Assembly: GCA_965204745.1 (NCBI GenBank)
Contig: OZ242010.1
Location: forward strand, 1,248,001-1,312,000
Length of the DNA: 64,000 bases
Direction: 5' to 3'
DNA from: Candidatus Latescibacterota bacterium
GTDB lineage: Bacteria; Latescibacterota; UBA2968
Position 1 is the stretch's first letter. Each line of letters starts with the position of its first letter. The translations under genes and the position numbers were made by a program. The notes beneath the pieces are model-generated. The model was not told where the DNA came from and did not search any database. It saw nothing but the letters and a program-made list of their open reading frames with translations. Below are positions 19,701 through 30,515 of the stretch, in pieces.

Positions 19701-21348
19701 GACCGGTGACATAACAACCCGTGATGGCACCCCCGCGCTGATTGCCGGTGAGTCCTCCCACGGCGAGGTTGCCTCTGACATCCACATTGCGGAGCCCAAG
19801 ACCGGAAACAGTGCCCGTGAGATCCTTAATCAGCCCAACATCATTCTGATTGCCACGGTTGATGTACAGGTTGGAGAGGGTCTTGTTATTGCCCTTGAAC
19901 GTACCGGTGTAAGTCCCCAAAGGGAGGAAACCCGCGCCGCTATTCCAGTAGGTGGCGTCTGCTTGGGTGATCGCGCCGTCGTTGTTCTCGTCAAAGTCCA
20001 GGTTGGCGAGAAGTTCGTAGCCGGTGCAACCGCCGCTGGAAGGACACCCCATCCGGCTGGTGGCAGTGGTCAGGTCGCCGCCGGGAAAGGCGCGGGCATA
20101 GGCGATGGTGTCGGCGTTGGTGCCGATGGGCAGGCCATCGCCGTTCAAGTCGTAGCGGATGGCGTTCAACTGCAACAGGGACTGCACGTCAATCAGACCG
20201 TTGTTGTCGCCGTCGTAGTCAACTACCCGCTGGCTGGGCGTGTTGAGGGTGGGGTACTGGCTGGCAGTGCCAAAGTTCCACGGGTTGTCGGGTAAACGAT
20301 CGCCATCCAGCGATATGTTCCAGTTGGCGTAGATGCCGGTGTAGTCCGTCTTGGCCTTTAGAGTGACGGTCATCTGGCCCGTGCCGCCGCCGCCGCTCGT
20401 CCTGCCGCTTGTTTGCGTGTCCCAGTAAGAGGCGGTAATGGTCACGGAGTTGAATGTAGTGGTCAAGCCGCCGATGTTGTTGCTGACCGTTGACGTGACC
20501 GCTCCCGTGGAGTAGCTGGCGATGATGCGGGCGGTGCGCCCCTGGTCGCCGTTGGACGCCCCGGCCAAGCCACCCACGTAAGCGTTGGCTCCGCTGCTAG
20601 GAGCCGCATGCGCCGCCGCGTGGGAGTAGCTGGCTACTATTTTGCCCTCGTCAGGGGGGACTGTACTGAAGTTGTAGCCAACCAGTCCGCCGACGACGAT
20701 GCCTCCACGAACCTCGCCGCTGGTCCAAGAGGCGGTGACCGTCCCGTAGTTGGTGCCGACGAGGATGCCCACATAGTCTTTCCCGTAAACGTATGCGTCT
20801 TTGACGCCCACGGATTCGATGCGGTCGTCGCCGTAGAGCGCGCCGAACAACCCCACGTCGTTCGTGGTCGTCCGCTTTATGAACAGGTTGGAGATGATGT
20901 AGCCGTTGCCCTTGAACGTGGCGTGGAACCGGGTGATGGTGAGGGCATCGCGCCCAATCGGCTCCCATCCCAATCCGCCGTTGTCGTAGTCGTCGCCGGA
21001 GTCGCCCATCGCGGAGGCACCCGTTCCGGTGTAAGTCGAGCCATTTCCGTTGGTGTCAAAGTCCAAGTTGTTGAGCAACTCGTAGCCGGTGCAGGTGGCC
21101 TGGCAACCCATGCCCGACATGGCGTTGGGAAAGGCGGCGTTGTAGTTCATGGTATCCGTAGTGGCTACGGCACCATCGCCATTGAGATCCCAGCGCATGG
21201 CGTTGAGTTGCGCCAGCGTGGTGATGTCAATCAGGTTGTCGTTGTCCGTATCGTAGTCGGTTTGGGCAAAAGCAGGCCCCGATGCCATCAGCACGACCAG
21301 CACGACCATAGCCAACAAGCGAGCGTAGCGGGAGGTCATTTTGTTCAT
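16717..21348 (-). CDS. Large secreted adhesin-like protein (GLUG repeats, Ig/Calx-beta-like repeats, tandem dockerin-like tail)
   Basis: Signal ...GPAFAQ; two DYDxDNxxLIDxxxLxQLNAxRxDLNGDG modules; GGLVG repeats; TITDDD repeats; duplicated LDVDGDG tail. Confidence 0.85.
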   Translation of the reverse strand: MNKMTSRYARLLAMVVLVVLMASGPAFAQTDYDTDNDNLIDITTLAQLNAMRWDLNGDGAVATTDTMNYNAAFPNAMSGMGCQATCTGYELLNNLDFDTNGNGSTYTGTGASAMGDSGDDYDNGGLGWEPIGRDALTITRFHATFKGNGYIISNLFIKRTTTNDVGLFGALYGDDRIESVGVKDAYVYGKDYVGILVGTNYGTVTASWTSGEVRGGIVVGGLVGYNFSTVPPDEGKIVASYSHAAAHAAPSSGANAYVGGLAGASNGDQGRTARIIASYSTGAVTSTVSNNIGGLTTTFNSVTITASYWDTQTSGRTSGGGGTGQMTVTLKAKTDYTGIYANWNISLDGDRLPDNPWNFGTASQYPTLNTPSQRVVDYDGDNNGLIDVQSLLQLNAIRYDLNGDGLPIGTNADTIAYARAFPGGDLTTATSRMGCPSSGGCTGYELLANLDFDENNDGAITQADATYWNSGAGFLPLGTYTGTFKGNNKTLSNLYINRGNQNDVGLIKDLTGTVSGLGLRNVDVRGNLAVGGLTGNQRGGAITGCYVTGRVRGSGSFGLGGLVGHSHTGANRRISASYSAAAVTALGSGGNFWVGGLVGWQNGGTIIASYATGAVTVTGNGTKGGLVGRLESSGEVTASYATGQVTGNGTKGGLVGSTAGTVTNSYWDSDQSGIAGGKSTSELQSPTTYGATSNDTYYNWNANIDGQAGNDDPWTFGAMDQYPALKYADMDTTVQFNLQPVVVTLALAPSSISENGGMSTVTATLSRSLSAATTITVRPVADAYTVPADSTITIAAGSTANASDTVVITAVNNTQDEPNRTVTMSAVMHNSQVSGRVTGTLTITDDDLAPMVTLTPNPASISENGAVSTVTASLSRPSSAATTITVRPVAGAYTVGMDSTITIAAGSTANASDTVVITSVDNTRDEPARNVTVSVAVSNAQGAGSVTGTVTLTDDDAAPAVTLVVSPSSISETGAVSTVTATLSHPSSAATTIVVSVTPVSPAVGGDYTLSTSDTLTVAAGQTTSTGIVTITTVGNNLVSGNKTVTVSASTVDNSMGAGSVTDATLTITDDDEAAIEVSAMTTTTVRLHTTESGRAETFTVTLASEPTGNVALSVVSSDTTEGTVSPSVLTFMPSDWNTAQTVTVTGQDDTPAAVDGNQNYTVTLSVNQTDTQDTNYDALSAIIVYMVNRDNDFGLDISAVTGQATEAGASATFTVALLTQPTAAVTISVTSQDPSEGRVEPVVLTFTPTSYNTAQTVTVTGQDDTIDDGDVTWTVRLASSSGDPGYNTLSDEDVPVTTTDDEDAPTVTLVLTPSSISENGEVSTITATLSHPSSAITTITVSATPVSPATASDFTLSSADTLIIAATATTSTDTVTITAVDNNDQADEKTVTVSATANNAQGITAPSPVTLTLTDDESANLDVDGDGRVRLFSDIILVIRYVLFFRNEALLRGNVIEPTATRTTAQEIEPYLDTLVNQNILDVDGDGDVRLFSDIILIIRYVLFFRNEALLRGNVIEPTATRTTAQEIEPYIRSLYPDSHFQ

Positions 21349-22301
21349 CCTTTCGGGGAGGGGTACACTATATTGATCAGCCTAACAGACTGTTTTGCAA
21401 TAAAATAGAACCGCACTCCAAGACGGGAATGGGCGATATGAACGCCAGTTTTCGCGGTGGGAACATAGGGCCAAATGAGGTTCAAACAGCGGCTGAAAAT
21501 GGCGGTAATCATCTGAAATCTCCTTTGCAAAAGCTGTCGCGTAAACGCAGGCACGGCTTTTCCTTCGCGCTCAAAATCGAAATAGCGAATGGGTAAAAAA
21601 TTAAAAATTACGCTATTATTTTTCAAGTGGTAAAATGACGATAGGATCGGTGGTCAGTCAAGCGATAAGGAGCGGAGGGACCTGTCCCTACGACGGATGG
21701 CGAGAGGTTGTGCGATTAGCCACAAAAGGCACAAAAACACAAAAGGGCGATGGGTCTTCCGAGGGATTGTGCGAGGGGGACCTACCCCCTGGCCCCCTTC
21801 CTAAGAGGAAGGGGGAACTGTGAGCGGTTTTGCGAGGGGAATGGCGTAGAGGTTTTTTCGGGTTCATAGCGTGATCTATTCGCGCAAAGCCATCAGAATA
21901 GCCAGGGATACAACCCTTCAAGAAAGCCACGCGCTCCCCCTTTCCTCGTAGGCACAGGCGTAGCCTACAATGAGCGAAGCGAATAACGGGGGCCGGGGGG
22001 ATAGGTCTATGGCGGTAGGGCGGGGGGTGGTAATCCGCGCAATCCCCTAATCCGTTTAATCCGCGATTCAGACACGGGTGGCAGGGCGGCGAGGACGGCC
22101 ACGCTCATCGCTCTAAAACAAAATGTCAACAGAACCTCGTTCATGTCTTTGGGCGATTGACCGCGGCTTGCTTCTTACTCGCTTTCTACTCTTAATTTGA
22201 CAACTGACAACTCGGGCGATGGCGGGGTTGTCTCACCTCTCCCGTCTTACGTCTCACCGAAGGGGGTTGGGCGGTGCGGACTAACAACTGACAACTGATT
22301 C

Positions 22302-24080
22302 TCATTCCGTAATGATGTCGGCGAATGTCATGCCCGATGGGATCATGGGCAACACATGTTCTTGGTAGGGCACGACCACGTCGAGCAAATAGGGGCCGGT
22401 GGAGGAGATCAGGCGGTCAATAGCGGGCACGACCTCTGATTTGTGGGCGATGCGTTCTGCGGGCACGCGAAAGCCTTTTGCGATAGTGACGTAATCCGGA
22501 AAGATCGCGTGGTTCGGCGGGATGTTCAGGTCTTGGTGCGCTTGTGCGGCTTCGGGGTCGCCGATGAACGTGTGCCCGCGGTTGCTTTTGTAGAATCGGT
22601 CTTCCCATTGCACCACCATGCCCAAGTGCTGGTTGTTGAGAATCACGACTTTGACCGGGATTTTTTCCGCGTGCAGGGTCGCCAATTCCTGCACGTTCAT
22701 CGCAAAACTGCCATCGCCGTCGATGTCGATGACGAGTGCGTCTGGAAAGGCCAGTTGCGCGCCGAGGGCGGCCGGCAAGCCAAACCCCATCGCGCCCAAG
22801 CCGCCGGACGTGAGCCATTGGCGCGGTTCGTCAAACGGGTAAAATTGCGCGGCCCACATCTGGTGTTGGCCCACGCCGGTGGAGATGATGGCCTTGCCCT
22901 CGGTCATTTTGTACAGGGTTTCTATCGCGTACTGGGGCAAAATGACGTCTTCGACCTCTTTGTACTTGAAGGGGTGTTTTTCGCGCCACATCTCGATCTC
23001 GTCTCCCCAGGCCTCGTAGTCGCCCGGTTCGACGATGCGGTTGAGTTCTCGCAGGGCGTATTTGATGTCGCTGACGATGGGCAAGTGGGCGACTTTGTTT
23101 TTGTTGATCTCGGAGGGATCGATGTCGATATGCACGATGCGACCGTGTTTGCAAAATTCTTCGAGTTTGCCGGTGACGCGGTCGTCAAAGCGCACCCCAA
23201 ATGCCAGCAGCAAGTCCGCGTGGTTGATGGCGTAGTTGGCGTACACCGAGCCGTGCATGCCCAGCATTTGCAAGGACTGCGGATCCGTTTGCGGAAACAC
23301 GCCCAGTCCCATGAGGGTTTGCGCCACCGGGATGTGCGTCTTTTTGGCAAACGCCCGAAGTTCTGCGGACGCGCCCGCTGTCACGATGCCCCCGCCCGCG
23401 TAGATGAGGGGGCGTTTGGATTCAAAAATGGCTTGGGCAATGTCCCGAATTTGCGCGTGGCTGGCGTGGAGCGCGTTGGGGGTGTAACTGCGGATGGCGA
23501 CGGTTTCCGGAAACTCGGGCACGCAAAAACTCTGCTGCACGTTTTTGGGAATGTCGATCAGCACGGGGCCAGGCCGTCCGGACGAGGCGATGTAAAATGC
23601 CTCTTTGACCACGCGGGGGATGTCTTCGATGCGGTCCACCAAATAGTTGTGCTTGGTGATCTGCCGCGTGACTTCGATGATGGGGGTTTCTTGAAACGCG
23701 TCGCGGCCGATCACCGCTGTGGGAACCTGCCCCGTGATGGCGACGATGGGCACGGAGTCCATTTTGGCGTCGGCCAGGCCCGTGACCAAGTTGGTCGCGC
23801 CCGGCCCGGAGGTCGCCATGCACACGCCGACTTTGCCCGAGGCTTTGGCATATCCCTCGGCGGCAAAAATTTCGCCCTGTTCGTGCCGGCACAACACCAC
23901 TTGGATATCGGAGCGGGTGAGGGACTGGTGCATTTCCATGCTGGCCCCGCCGGGATAGCCGAAGAGCACTTCCACGCCCTCGCGTATGAGACTTTCGACC
24001 AGAATATCAGCGCCGCGCATTTCGCGCATGGATGAGGCCGCGCCATTGCCATGAGCCTCGGCCTGGGGGTTGTTCGCCAT
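22302..24080 (-). CDS. ilvB: Acetolactate synthase large subunit
   Basis: [39 protein letters not shown]-binding DGDGSF...NN. Confidence 0.95.
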   Translation of the reverse strand: MANNPQAEAHGNGAASSMREMRGADILVESLIREGVEVLFGYPGGASMEMHQSLTRSDIQVVLCRHEQGEIFAAEGYAKASGKVGVCMATSGPGATNLVTGLADAKMDSVPIVAITGQVPTAVIGRDAFQETPIIEVTRQITKHNYLVDRIEDIPRVVKEAFYIASSGRPGPVLIDIPKNVQQSFCVPEFPETVAIRSYTPNALHASHAQIRDIAQAIFESKRPLIYAGGGIVTAGASAELRAFAKKTHIPVAQTLMGLGVFPQTDPQSLQMLGMHGSVYANYAINHADLLLAFGVRFDDRVTGKLEEFCKHGRIVHIDIDPSEINKNKVAHLPIVSDIKYALRELNRIVEPGDYEAWGDEIEMWREKHPFKYKEVEDVILPQYAIETLYKMTEGKAIISTGVGQHQMWAAQFYPFDEPRQWLTSGGLGAMGFGLPAALGAQLAFPDALVIDIDGDGSFAMNVQELATLHAEKIPVKVVILNNQHLGMVVQWEDRFYKSNRGHTFIGDPEAAQAHQDLNIPPNHAIFPDYVTIAKGFRVPAERIAHKSEVVPAIDRLISSTGPYLLDVVVPYQEHVLPMIPSGMTFADIITE

Positions 24081-24111
24081 TGCAAATCTCTCCTGAGTAA
24101 AAGTGAAAAAC

Positions 24112-24151
24112 AAAAAAGCCCGCCATCGCATTATGGTATGCAATGACGGGC
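24112..24151 (-). terminator. Attenuator terminator of the ilvB leader
   Basis: Minus-strand gcccgtcattgcat...atgcgatggcgggc followed by TTTTTT. Confidence 0.8.
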
Positions 24152-24174
24152 GAGATGTTTCCGTGTTGCGACCA

Positions 24175-24264
24175 TCAATCCCCCCATTGCATGGGTACGC
24201 GTACGATGACGCGGCCTACGACGACCGTTGTGCGAAGAAGGGAGGTGGTGATGAAGTGCGTCAT
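24175..24264 (-). CDS. ilvB leader peptide ([29 protein letters not shown])
   Basis: 29-aa ORF with clustered Leu/Val/Ile codons, between a promoter and the terminator. Confidence 0.8.
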   Translation of the reverse strand: MTHFITTSLLRTTVVVGRVIVRVPMQWGD

Positions 24265-24307
24265 GATTCGCGCTCTGCTGTTCGTGGTTCGCGTTTAATG
24301 AGGCGAA

Positions 24308-24336
24308 AAAATACAAGCTTCGGCGCGTTCTGTCAA
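24308..24336 (-). promoter_or_regulatory. Sigma-70 promoter for the ilvB leader
   Basis: Minus-strand TTGACA-17 bp-TATTTT. Confidence 0.6.
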
Positions 24337-24353
24337 GGAAATTGGGGGGATGC

Positions 24354-25115
24354 TCACGGTTCCAGGTTGTTGATGCGGTCGCGGAGTTCGGCGGCGCGTT
24401 CAAATTCTTCGTTGTCGATGGCGTCGTGCAGCTCTTTTTGCAGGCGTTCGGACTGGGTGAGGGGGCGTCTTTTGTCGAGTTCTTCGAGCAGTTCGGCGAG
24501 GGATTCGACGGATCGGCGTTTTTCGATGAAAAACTCTTCGGCATCTACTTCGTCCAAGTTTTCGATCTTGTCGATTGCGTCTCGGATAATGCGGATGCCC
24601 GCCGTGTAGTCGTGGTCTTGCGTGGCGATCATCACGCGGGCGATGGCGTGGATACGCAAAACATAAGGCCACCATTTTTCCAAATTGAGGCGGTCTTGGT
24701 GCGTGGCGGCGTATTGATTGACAAAGCGAAACAGGTCCATGTTGCGCTCTGTGTCGCGGATGACGCGGTCGTAGTCGCGTATTTGGAGCAAGAACACATA
24801 ACGCTCGTAGAGCAGGCGACTCTCGTCGAACAACTCGCGGCAGTGCGATTCCTCGAGGGAGAACCCGTCAGCCGTGCCGTGGTCTTCGACAAATCGATGC
24901 AGCCTGTCGTAGAAATGATCCAGCGCGAACGCGCTGTCGTGCGGCTTGCGCCCGTCGGGACGCCCGTCGAGTTCCATTTGCAAGATGCCTTGAAACGGCC
25001 CTTGATCCACGCGCACTTGAATTTTTTCCACGCCTCGGGACGAGGTGATTTTGCGAATGCTGTTTTTGGGATCGTAGGGCCAGTGATGCAGCAAAGGGCC
25101 AATATCTTCGATCAT
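24354..25115 (-). CDS. UvrB/UvrC-motif-containing protein
   Basis: C-terminal LHDAIDNEEFERAAELRDRI; conserved LQMELDGRPDGRKPH segment. Confidence 0.8.
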   Translation of the reverse strand: MIEDIGPLLHHWPYDPKNSIRKITSSRGVEKIQVRVDQGPFQGILQMELDGRPDGRKPHDSAFALDHFYDRLHRFVEDHGTADGFSLEESHCRELFDESRLLYERYVFLLQIRDYDRVIRDTERNMDLFRFVNQYAATHQDRLNLEKWWPYVLRIHAIARVMIATQDHDYTAGIRIIRDAIDKIENLDEVDAEEFFIEKRRSVESLAELLEELDKRRPLTQSERLQKELHDAIDNEEFERAAELRDRINNLEP

Positions 25116-25305
25116 GGCGATTTCCCTCGTTGTTCTGTGCGGCCTCACACCACCGCCCGTGCGTGCCCTGCCCCGACGTTCGATCCTCGTAGGGACAGGC
25201 CCCTGTGCCTATCTTTATATTCAGCGGTCAGCGGTTATCGGTCAAAGGTTAGGGGGCGGTATTACGCCATCAGGATACGCGGAAAAAAATCGTTGTCAAG
25301 AACTA

Positions 25306-25838
25306 GGTTGTGTTGAATTTCATTTTTTTGACGTTACGCACAGAGTAGCAACTGTGTTGCTTCTTGCTCATTTAAGGCGTTTGGTTCTTTGATGGCTTAG
25401 GTTGCTCTGATGGCGTTGCGTGAGGGGACCTATCCCCCCGGCCCCCTTTCCTACAAGGAAAGGGGGAGCGTATGGCTTTTTGACGGTTTGTCTCCCTGGC
25501 TGTTCTGATGGCTTTGAGCGAATGAATCACGCCATGAAAATCCAAACCCCTCTCGCGCAATCCCTCGCAACCCCTCTCGCCATTCCCCCTTCCTCTTAGG
25601 AAGGGGGCCAGGGGGTAGGTCCCAATCCCCTCGCAAAACCGCTCACAGTCCCCCCTTCCTCGCAGGCACAGGCGTAGCCTACAACGAAGCGAAGCGAGTA
25701 ACGGGGGTTAGGGGGGTAGGTCCCGATAAGGAGCGACTGTCCGAGTTTCTCAAACCGAGAGCATATTCTGCGATAGGGCTTGATTTTCTCGATAAACCGC
25801 TCAAGCCAGTTGCTTTGCTCGTAAATGTCAACACGATC
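25306..25838. mobile_element. MITE copy 2 (inverted relative to 11700-12218)
   Basis: Both ends match the reverse complement of copy 1; TA on both sides. Confidence 0.75.
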
Positions 25839-25959
25839 TAACTTGGCGCATTGAAAATACGATCAGAACGGCGTTGTTTTAAGTCATTGCTTTTGCACAG
25901 AAGATAATCTATTTTGGCTCGGTATTCGAGACATTCCACACTTTTCGCGGGAGGGAGAT

Positions 25960-27303
25960 ATGGCGGTTGCAGAACAGGGAGGAGCGGTTCACGGCGCGAT
26001 TGCGCGGTTTTTTAAGTTTGAAGCGCGAAACACAACTTGGCGCACCGAGGTTACGGGCGGCGTGACGACATTTGTGACGCTGGCGTATATCGTGGCGGTG
26101 AATCCGAGTATTTTGTCCGATGCAATGGGCGCGGATTTGTTCGGCGAGTTGTTGTTTGCCACATGTGCTTCTGCGGCGATTGCGACATTGCTGATGGCGC
26201 TTTTGGCAAATTATCCCTTTGCCTTGGCACCAGGTATGGGGCTCAATGCGTTTTTTACCTATACCATCGTGCTGGGCATGGGCGTGGATTGGAAGTTGGC
26301 CTTGGGCGTGGTGCTGGCGTCTGGGCTGTTGTTCTTGTTGCTCACGGTGTTGCGCGTGCGCGAGGCCATTATCACCGCCGTGCCCCAATCTCTAAAGCGG
26401 GCGACTGCCGCGGGTATCGGCCTGTTCATCGCGTTTATCGGGCTGAAGAACGCGGGGTTTATCGTGGATAACCCGGCCACGTTGGTCGATTTGGGCGATG
26501 TTCGCACCGGAGAGGTCGGCTTGGCGATGGTGGGGCTTTTGGGCATGGGCATCATGCTGGCGCGCGGAATCCGCGGGGCGATTTTGTTGGGCGTGATGGG
26601 CGTGACCCTGTTGGCGATGATCACCGGGCTTACGGCGTGGCCCGCGGGCGTTCTCAGTCTGCCGATTTGGCCCACGAATCTCTTTGGCGAAGCGGTTTAT
26701 ATGTTGCCGCTGGCGTTTCACACGGCGGTGATAGAACTCGTGTTTGCGTTTCTCTTCGTCGATCTCTTCGACACGATGGGCACGTTTGTAGGGCTGTCCG
26801 AGCGCGTGAAGTTTTTGGACGCAAAGGGCCGATTGCCGCGTGCGAATAAGGCATTGATGGCGGATTCCATCGGTACGGTTTTCGGCAGCGTGTTGGGCAC
26901 GTCAACCGTGACGACCTATATCGAAAGTGCGGCGGGCATCTCGTCGGGTGCGCGCACTGGGTTTGCCAGTGTGGTGACGAGTTTGTTGTTCATCGGCGCG
27001 CTGTTTTTCACGCCCTTGGTGCAGGCCATTCCGACTTTTGCCACGGCCCCCGCGCTCATCGTGGTGGGCGTGCTGATGATCGCCCCGGCCGCACAAATCG
27101 CCTGGGAAGATGCGTCGGACGCCGTGCCCGCATTTTTGACCCTGATTGCGATTCCCCTCACGTTTAGCATTGCCGACGGCTTGGCGCTGGGATTTATCGC
27201 GTATCCCATTATCAAGCGGTTGAGCAAAAAGGGCGATGAGGTACATCCTCTGATCGATGTGCTGGCGGTGATTTTTATTGCGAAGTACGCGTTCATGCAG
27301 TAG
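25960..27303 (+). CDS. NCS2-family purine permease (AzgA/PbuG-like)
   Basis: ALAPGMGLNAFF, TTYIESAAGI, GARTG, FSIADG motifs. Confidence 0.92.
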   Translation: MAVAEQGGAVHGAIARFFKFEARNTTWRTEVTGGVTTFVTLAYIVAVNPSILSDAMGADLFGELLFATCASAAIATLLMALLANYPFALAPGMGLNAFFTYTIVLGMGVDWKLALGVVLASGLLFLLLTVLRVREAIITAVPQSLKRATAAGIGLFIAFIGLKNAGFIVDNPATLVDLGDVRTGEVGLAMVGLLGMGIMLARGIRGAILLGVMGVTLLAMITGLTAWPAGVLSLPIWPTNLFGEAVYMLPLAFHTAVIELVFAFLFVDLFDTMGTFVGLSERVKFLDAKGRLPRANKALMADSIGTVFGSVLGTSTVTTYIESAAGISSGARTGFASVVTSLLFIGALFFTPLVQAIPTFATAPALIVVGVLMIAPAAQIAWEDASDAVPAFLTLIAIPLTFSIADGLALGFIAYPIIKRLSKKGDEVHPLIDVLAVIFIAKYAFMQ

Positions 27304-27431
27304 GAAGCGGTCAGCAAAACGCGCGAAATGCCGATTGCTGTTTTTGTACGTGACATTGGCGCTCTTTTTGTCTATGATATAGCCCAACGGAAATGATGGC
27401 TGTTCGCGTAGGCGACTTCATGGAGGATTTT

Positions 27432-30400
27432 ATGCGTGTATCGTGGTGTTTTTTGGTGGTCATGTGGAGTGCGTGTTCGGTTGCGGCTCAGGATTTGGGC
27501 AGTTTGACGGGAAGAGTGGGCGATGAGACCGGCGAGGCGTTGTTCGGCGCCAACATCGTGGTCAAAGGCCCTGCTATTGAAGGCAGGCGAGGCGCGATTA
27601 CAGACGCACAGGGGTATTACCTCATCGACCAGTTGCCGGAGGGGATTTACGAACTCACCATCAGTTATATCGGGTACGAAACGCGCACGGTGCCCAATGT
27701 GGAAATTCGCGCGGGCGAGCGCGTGACGCGAGATTTTGTTTTGACCGCTGTATCGCTGGTCGGGCAACAAGTTGTGGTATCCGCATCGCGCAAACGCGAA
27801 AAGGCCCTGGACGCGCCTGCGTCAATTTCAATGGTCAATGCGGCTGAAATCAGAGATCGGCAGGTGTTGTCCGTCACCGAGCACGTCAAGGCCCTGCCCG
27901 GCGTGGATTATTCCCAAACCGGCATCTCGCAGGGCAACATGGTGGTTCGGGGGTTCAACAATGTATTTTCCGGCGCATTGCTCACGCTGGTCGATAACCG
28001 CATTGCCCGCATCCCGTCGTTGCGCTTCAACGCCTATCATCTGATCCCGGTGACCGGCGACGATATCGAGCGCATCGAGGTGGTCTTGGGGCCTGGGTCC
28101 GCGCTTTATGGGCCCAACAGCGCGCAAGGCGTGATGCACATTATCACGCGGTCGCCCATTGGGTCAGAGGGCAGTACGATTTCCATCTCGGGCGGGGAGC
28201 GCAGTTTGCGAAAGGTGTCGTTGCGCCATGCCAGCAGTTTTAATGACAAAGTGGGGATCAAAATTTCGGGTGGGTATTTTGCAGGTCACGATTGGGAATA
28301 TATCGATCCCCAAGAAGTGCGGTCTATACTCGAAGAAGCGCGGAATTTATCGGAAAATTGGGGAGATAACGATCCCCAAGAAGTGCAGGCTTTCTTTCGG
28401 AGGATTAAAAACGCACCGACCAGTCCTGAAGCAAGGCGGATGTTCCTCGAAAGAGGGAGGGAACTTCTCGACCGTGGGGAAAATGTCGATCTCGAAGAAG
28501 CGGATGCCCTCGGGTTTAATCCGCGCGATTACGATACCGCGCGCAGAATTGGGGAAATCAGGCTCGACTTTCGTCCCACCGATGAGTTGACTCTGATCGG
28601 GTCCGCGGGTTATACGAGCACGAACAGCCTTGAATTGACGGGCCTAGGCGCGGGCCAGGCCAAAGATTGGACGTATAATTTTCTGCAAGGGCGGATGCTC
28701 TATCGCGGGTGGTTTGCACAAATTTTCTACAACACGAGCAATGCCGGCGACACGAAGTTGCTCCTAACCGACGATGGCATTGTGGATAAGTCGCACTTGA
28801 TGGTCTTTCAACTGCAACACAGCGCGAGTTTGTGGAATAAACAACACTTTGCTTATGGCGTGGATGTGTTGCGGACCCGCCCCCAAACAGAGGGCACGGT
28901 CAATGGCTTCAACGAAGACAGGGATAATATCGACGAGTTTGGGCTTTACCTGCAAAGCGAGACGAATCTGACCGATCAACTCGAGGTGGTGTTGGCCGGG
29001 CGCATCGACAAGCACAACCACATCGACAACCCGGTTTTCTCGCCCCGCGCCGCGCTGGTGGTCAAGCCCTCGGTGGAAAACACCCTGCGCTTCACGTACA
29101 ACCGTGCGTTTGATACGCCCTCGACCTCCAACTTGTTTTTGGATCGGGTCGGTATCAAAGATGTTTATGGGCTAGCGGCACTCGGGCAGACAATCGATTT
29201 GCGCGCCCAAGGAACGGCTGGCGGGTTCACGTTTCGGCAAGAAAATGGCCTGCCCATGTTTCGGTCGGCCTTCGCGCCCTTGGCGGGGTTGTCAGCCGAT
29301 CACTATTTTGCCATGCACGATCCGCAAGCCACCAATTTGATGTGGCAGGTAGCGCGCGGGGCCATTTTAGCCGTGCTCGCGCCACAACTCGAGCCCCTCG
29401 CAACGGGTATTTTCACAGAGCAACTCGGCCTCCCGCCGGATCAAGCCACCGCAGTGGCGAAACAATTGGTGGCCGACTTTCCCAGAATTATTCCAGAGAC
29501 CCTGCCGAACTTGCAAAATAGCGCTGCGACGCTGAATACGGAAACGCGCGGTTTCGATCCCGTAACCGATCTCGCCAATGCGGTTACGGACATCAAAAAA
29601 ATCGAATCGACCATCACGGAAACCTTTGAGGTGGGGTACAAGGGCATCGTCAAAAACAAACTGATTTTGGCGGCGGATGTCTATCGCACCACGATCAAAA
29701 ATTTCGTCGGCCCATTGCGGATTGAAACGCCCAATGTGTTTCTCGAAGCCGGTTCGCTGACCGCTTCTCTCGAAGCGGGGTTGAACCAAACGCTCGCCGA
29801 TCCCGCCAATGCGAGCCTCGCCATCGCCGTGGGGCTTTTGGATCAACTCAATCAGCCGGATTTGGGATTGGTCGGCAATGGCAATGGGTCGGGCATCGAT
29901 GAGTTGACGCAGTTGTTCGTGTCCAATGCGGTGGGGATTCCCTTGGGCACCATCTCTGCGGAGCAGGCATCTGACCCGGCTGCGGTGATGGTGACGTACC
30001 GCAATTTCGGGCGCATCTCCCTCTACGGCGCGGACTTGTCCTTTGCGTATTATCCCAATGAGACATGGACGTTTATGGGCAACTACTCTTATGTCAGCGA
30101 GGATTTGTTCCCGGATTTGGACGATATCGGCGACATTGCCCTCAACGCGCCCCGGCACAAGTTCAACATCGGCGCGGAATGCAGATTGCCCAATACGCCG
30201 CTCACCCTTGGCGGAAAATTGCGCTATCGCGGGTCTTTCCCGATGAATTCGGGCGTGTATATGGGGCCTGTCGATTCCCATACCATCATAGATTTGAACG
30301 CCTCGTACCAGTTGCCGCTATCAAATGATCGCTTCAAACTCATCTTGAGTGCGGAAGCCAACAATTTGCTGAACGAGAAATACCGATCCTTTGTCGGCGC

Positions 30401-30449
30401 GCCCCTGATCGGACGCATGCTTTCAGGCGGCCTAACGGTCCGATTCTAA
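27432..30449 (+). CDS. TonB-dependent receptor with an N-terminal carboxypeptidase-like domain
   Basis: VVVSASRK plug start; DIERIEVVLGPGSALYG; NNLLNEKY; C-terminal F. Confidence 0.92.
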   Translation: MRVSWCFLVVMWSACSVAAQDLGSLTGRVGDETGEALFGANIVVKGPAIEGRRGAITDAQGYYLIDQLPEGIYELTISYIGYETRTVPNVEIRAGERVTRDFVLTAVSLVGQQVVVSASRKREKALDAPASISMVNAAEIRDRQVLSVTEHVKALPGVDYSQTGISQGNMVVRGFNNVFSGALLTLVDNRIARIPSLRFNAYHLIPVTGDDIERIEVVLGPGSALYGPNSAQGVMHIITRSPIGSEGSTISISGGERSLRKVSLRHASSFNDKVGIKISGGYFAGHDWEYIDPQEVRSILEEARNLSENWGDNDPQEVQAFFRRIKNAPTSPEARRMFLERGRELLDRGENVDLEEADALGFNPRDYDTARRIGEIRLDFRPTDELTLIGSAGYTSTNSLELTGLGAGQAKDWTYNFLQGRMLYRGWFAQIFYNTSNAGDTKLLLTDDGIVDKSHLMVFQLQHSASLWNKQHFAYGVDVLRTRPQTEGTVNGFNEDRDNIDEFGLYLQSETNLTDQLEVVLAGRIDKHNHIDNPVFSPRAALVVKPSVENTLRFTYNRAFDTPSTSNLFLDRVGIKDVYGLAALGQTIDLRAQGTAGGFTFRQENGLPMFRSAFAPLAGLSADHYFAMHDPQATNLMWQVARGAILAVLAPQLEPLATGIFTEQLGLPPDQATAVAKQLVADFPRIIPETLPNLQNSAATLNTETRGFDPVTDLANAVTDIKKIESTITETFEVGYKGIVKNKLILAADVYRTTIKNFVGPLRIETPNVFLEAGSLTASLEAGLNQTLADPANASLAIAVGLLDQLNQPDLGLVGNGNGSGIDELTQLFVSNAVGIPLGTISAEQASDPAAVMVTYRNFGRISLYGADLSFAYYPNETWTFMGNYSYVSEDLFPDLDDIGDIALNAPRHKFNIGAECRLPNTPLTLGGKLRYRGSFPMNSGVYMGPVDSHTIIDLNASYQLPLSNDRFKLILSAEANNLLNEKYRSFVGAPLIGRMLSGGLTVRF

Positions 30450-30515
30450 TCCGCGTCACAACGCGAGTTGAACAAAAAAAATCCGGGTCATTGCGACTCG
30501 GATTTTTTTTTGCGC

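Noticed and set aside
22443-24035. Long antisense or alternative-frame ORFs (also 577-1800, 5712-6869, 49286-50230, 60854-62077)
   Set aside because: Shadow ORFs of well-supported genes in GC-rich DNA, with no recognisable motifs
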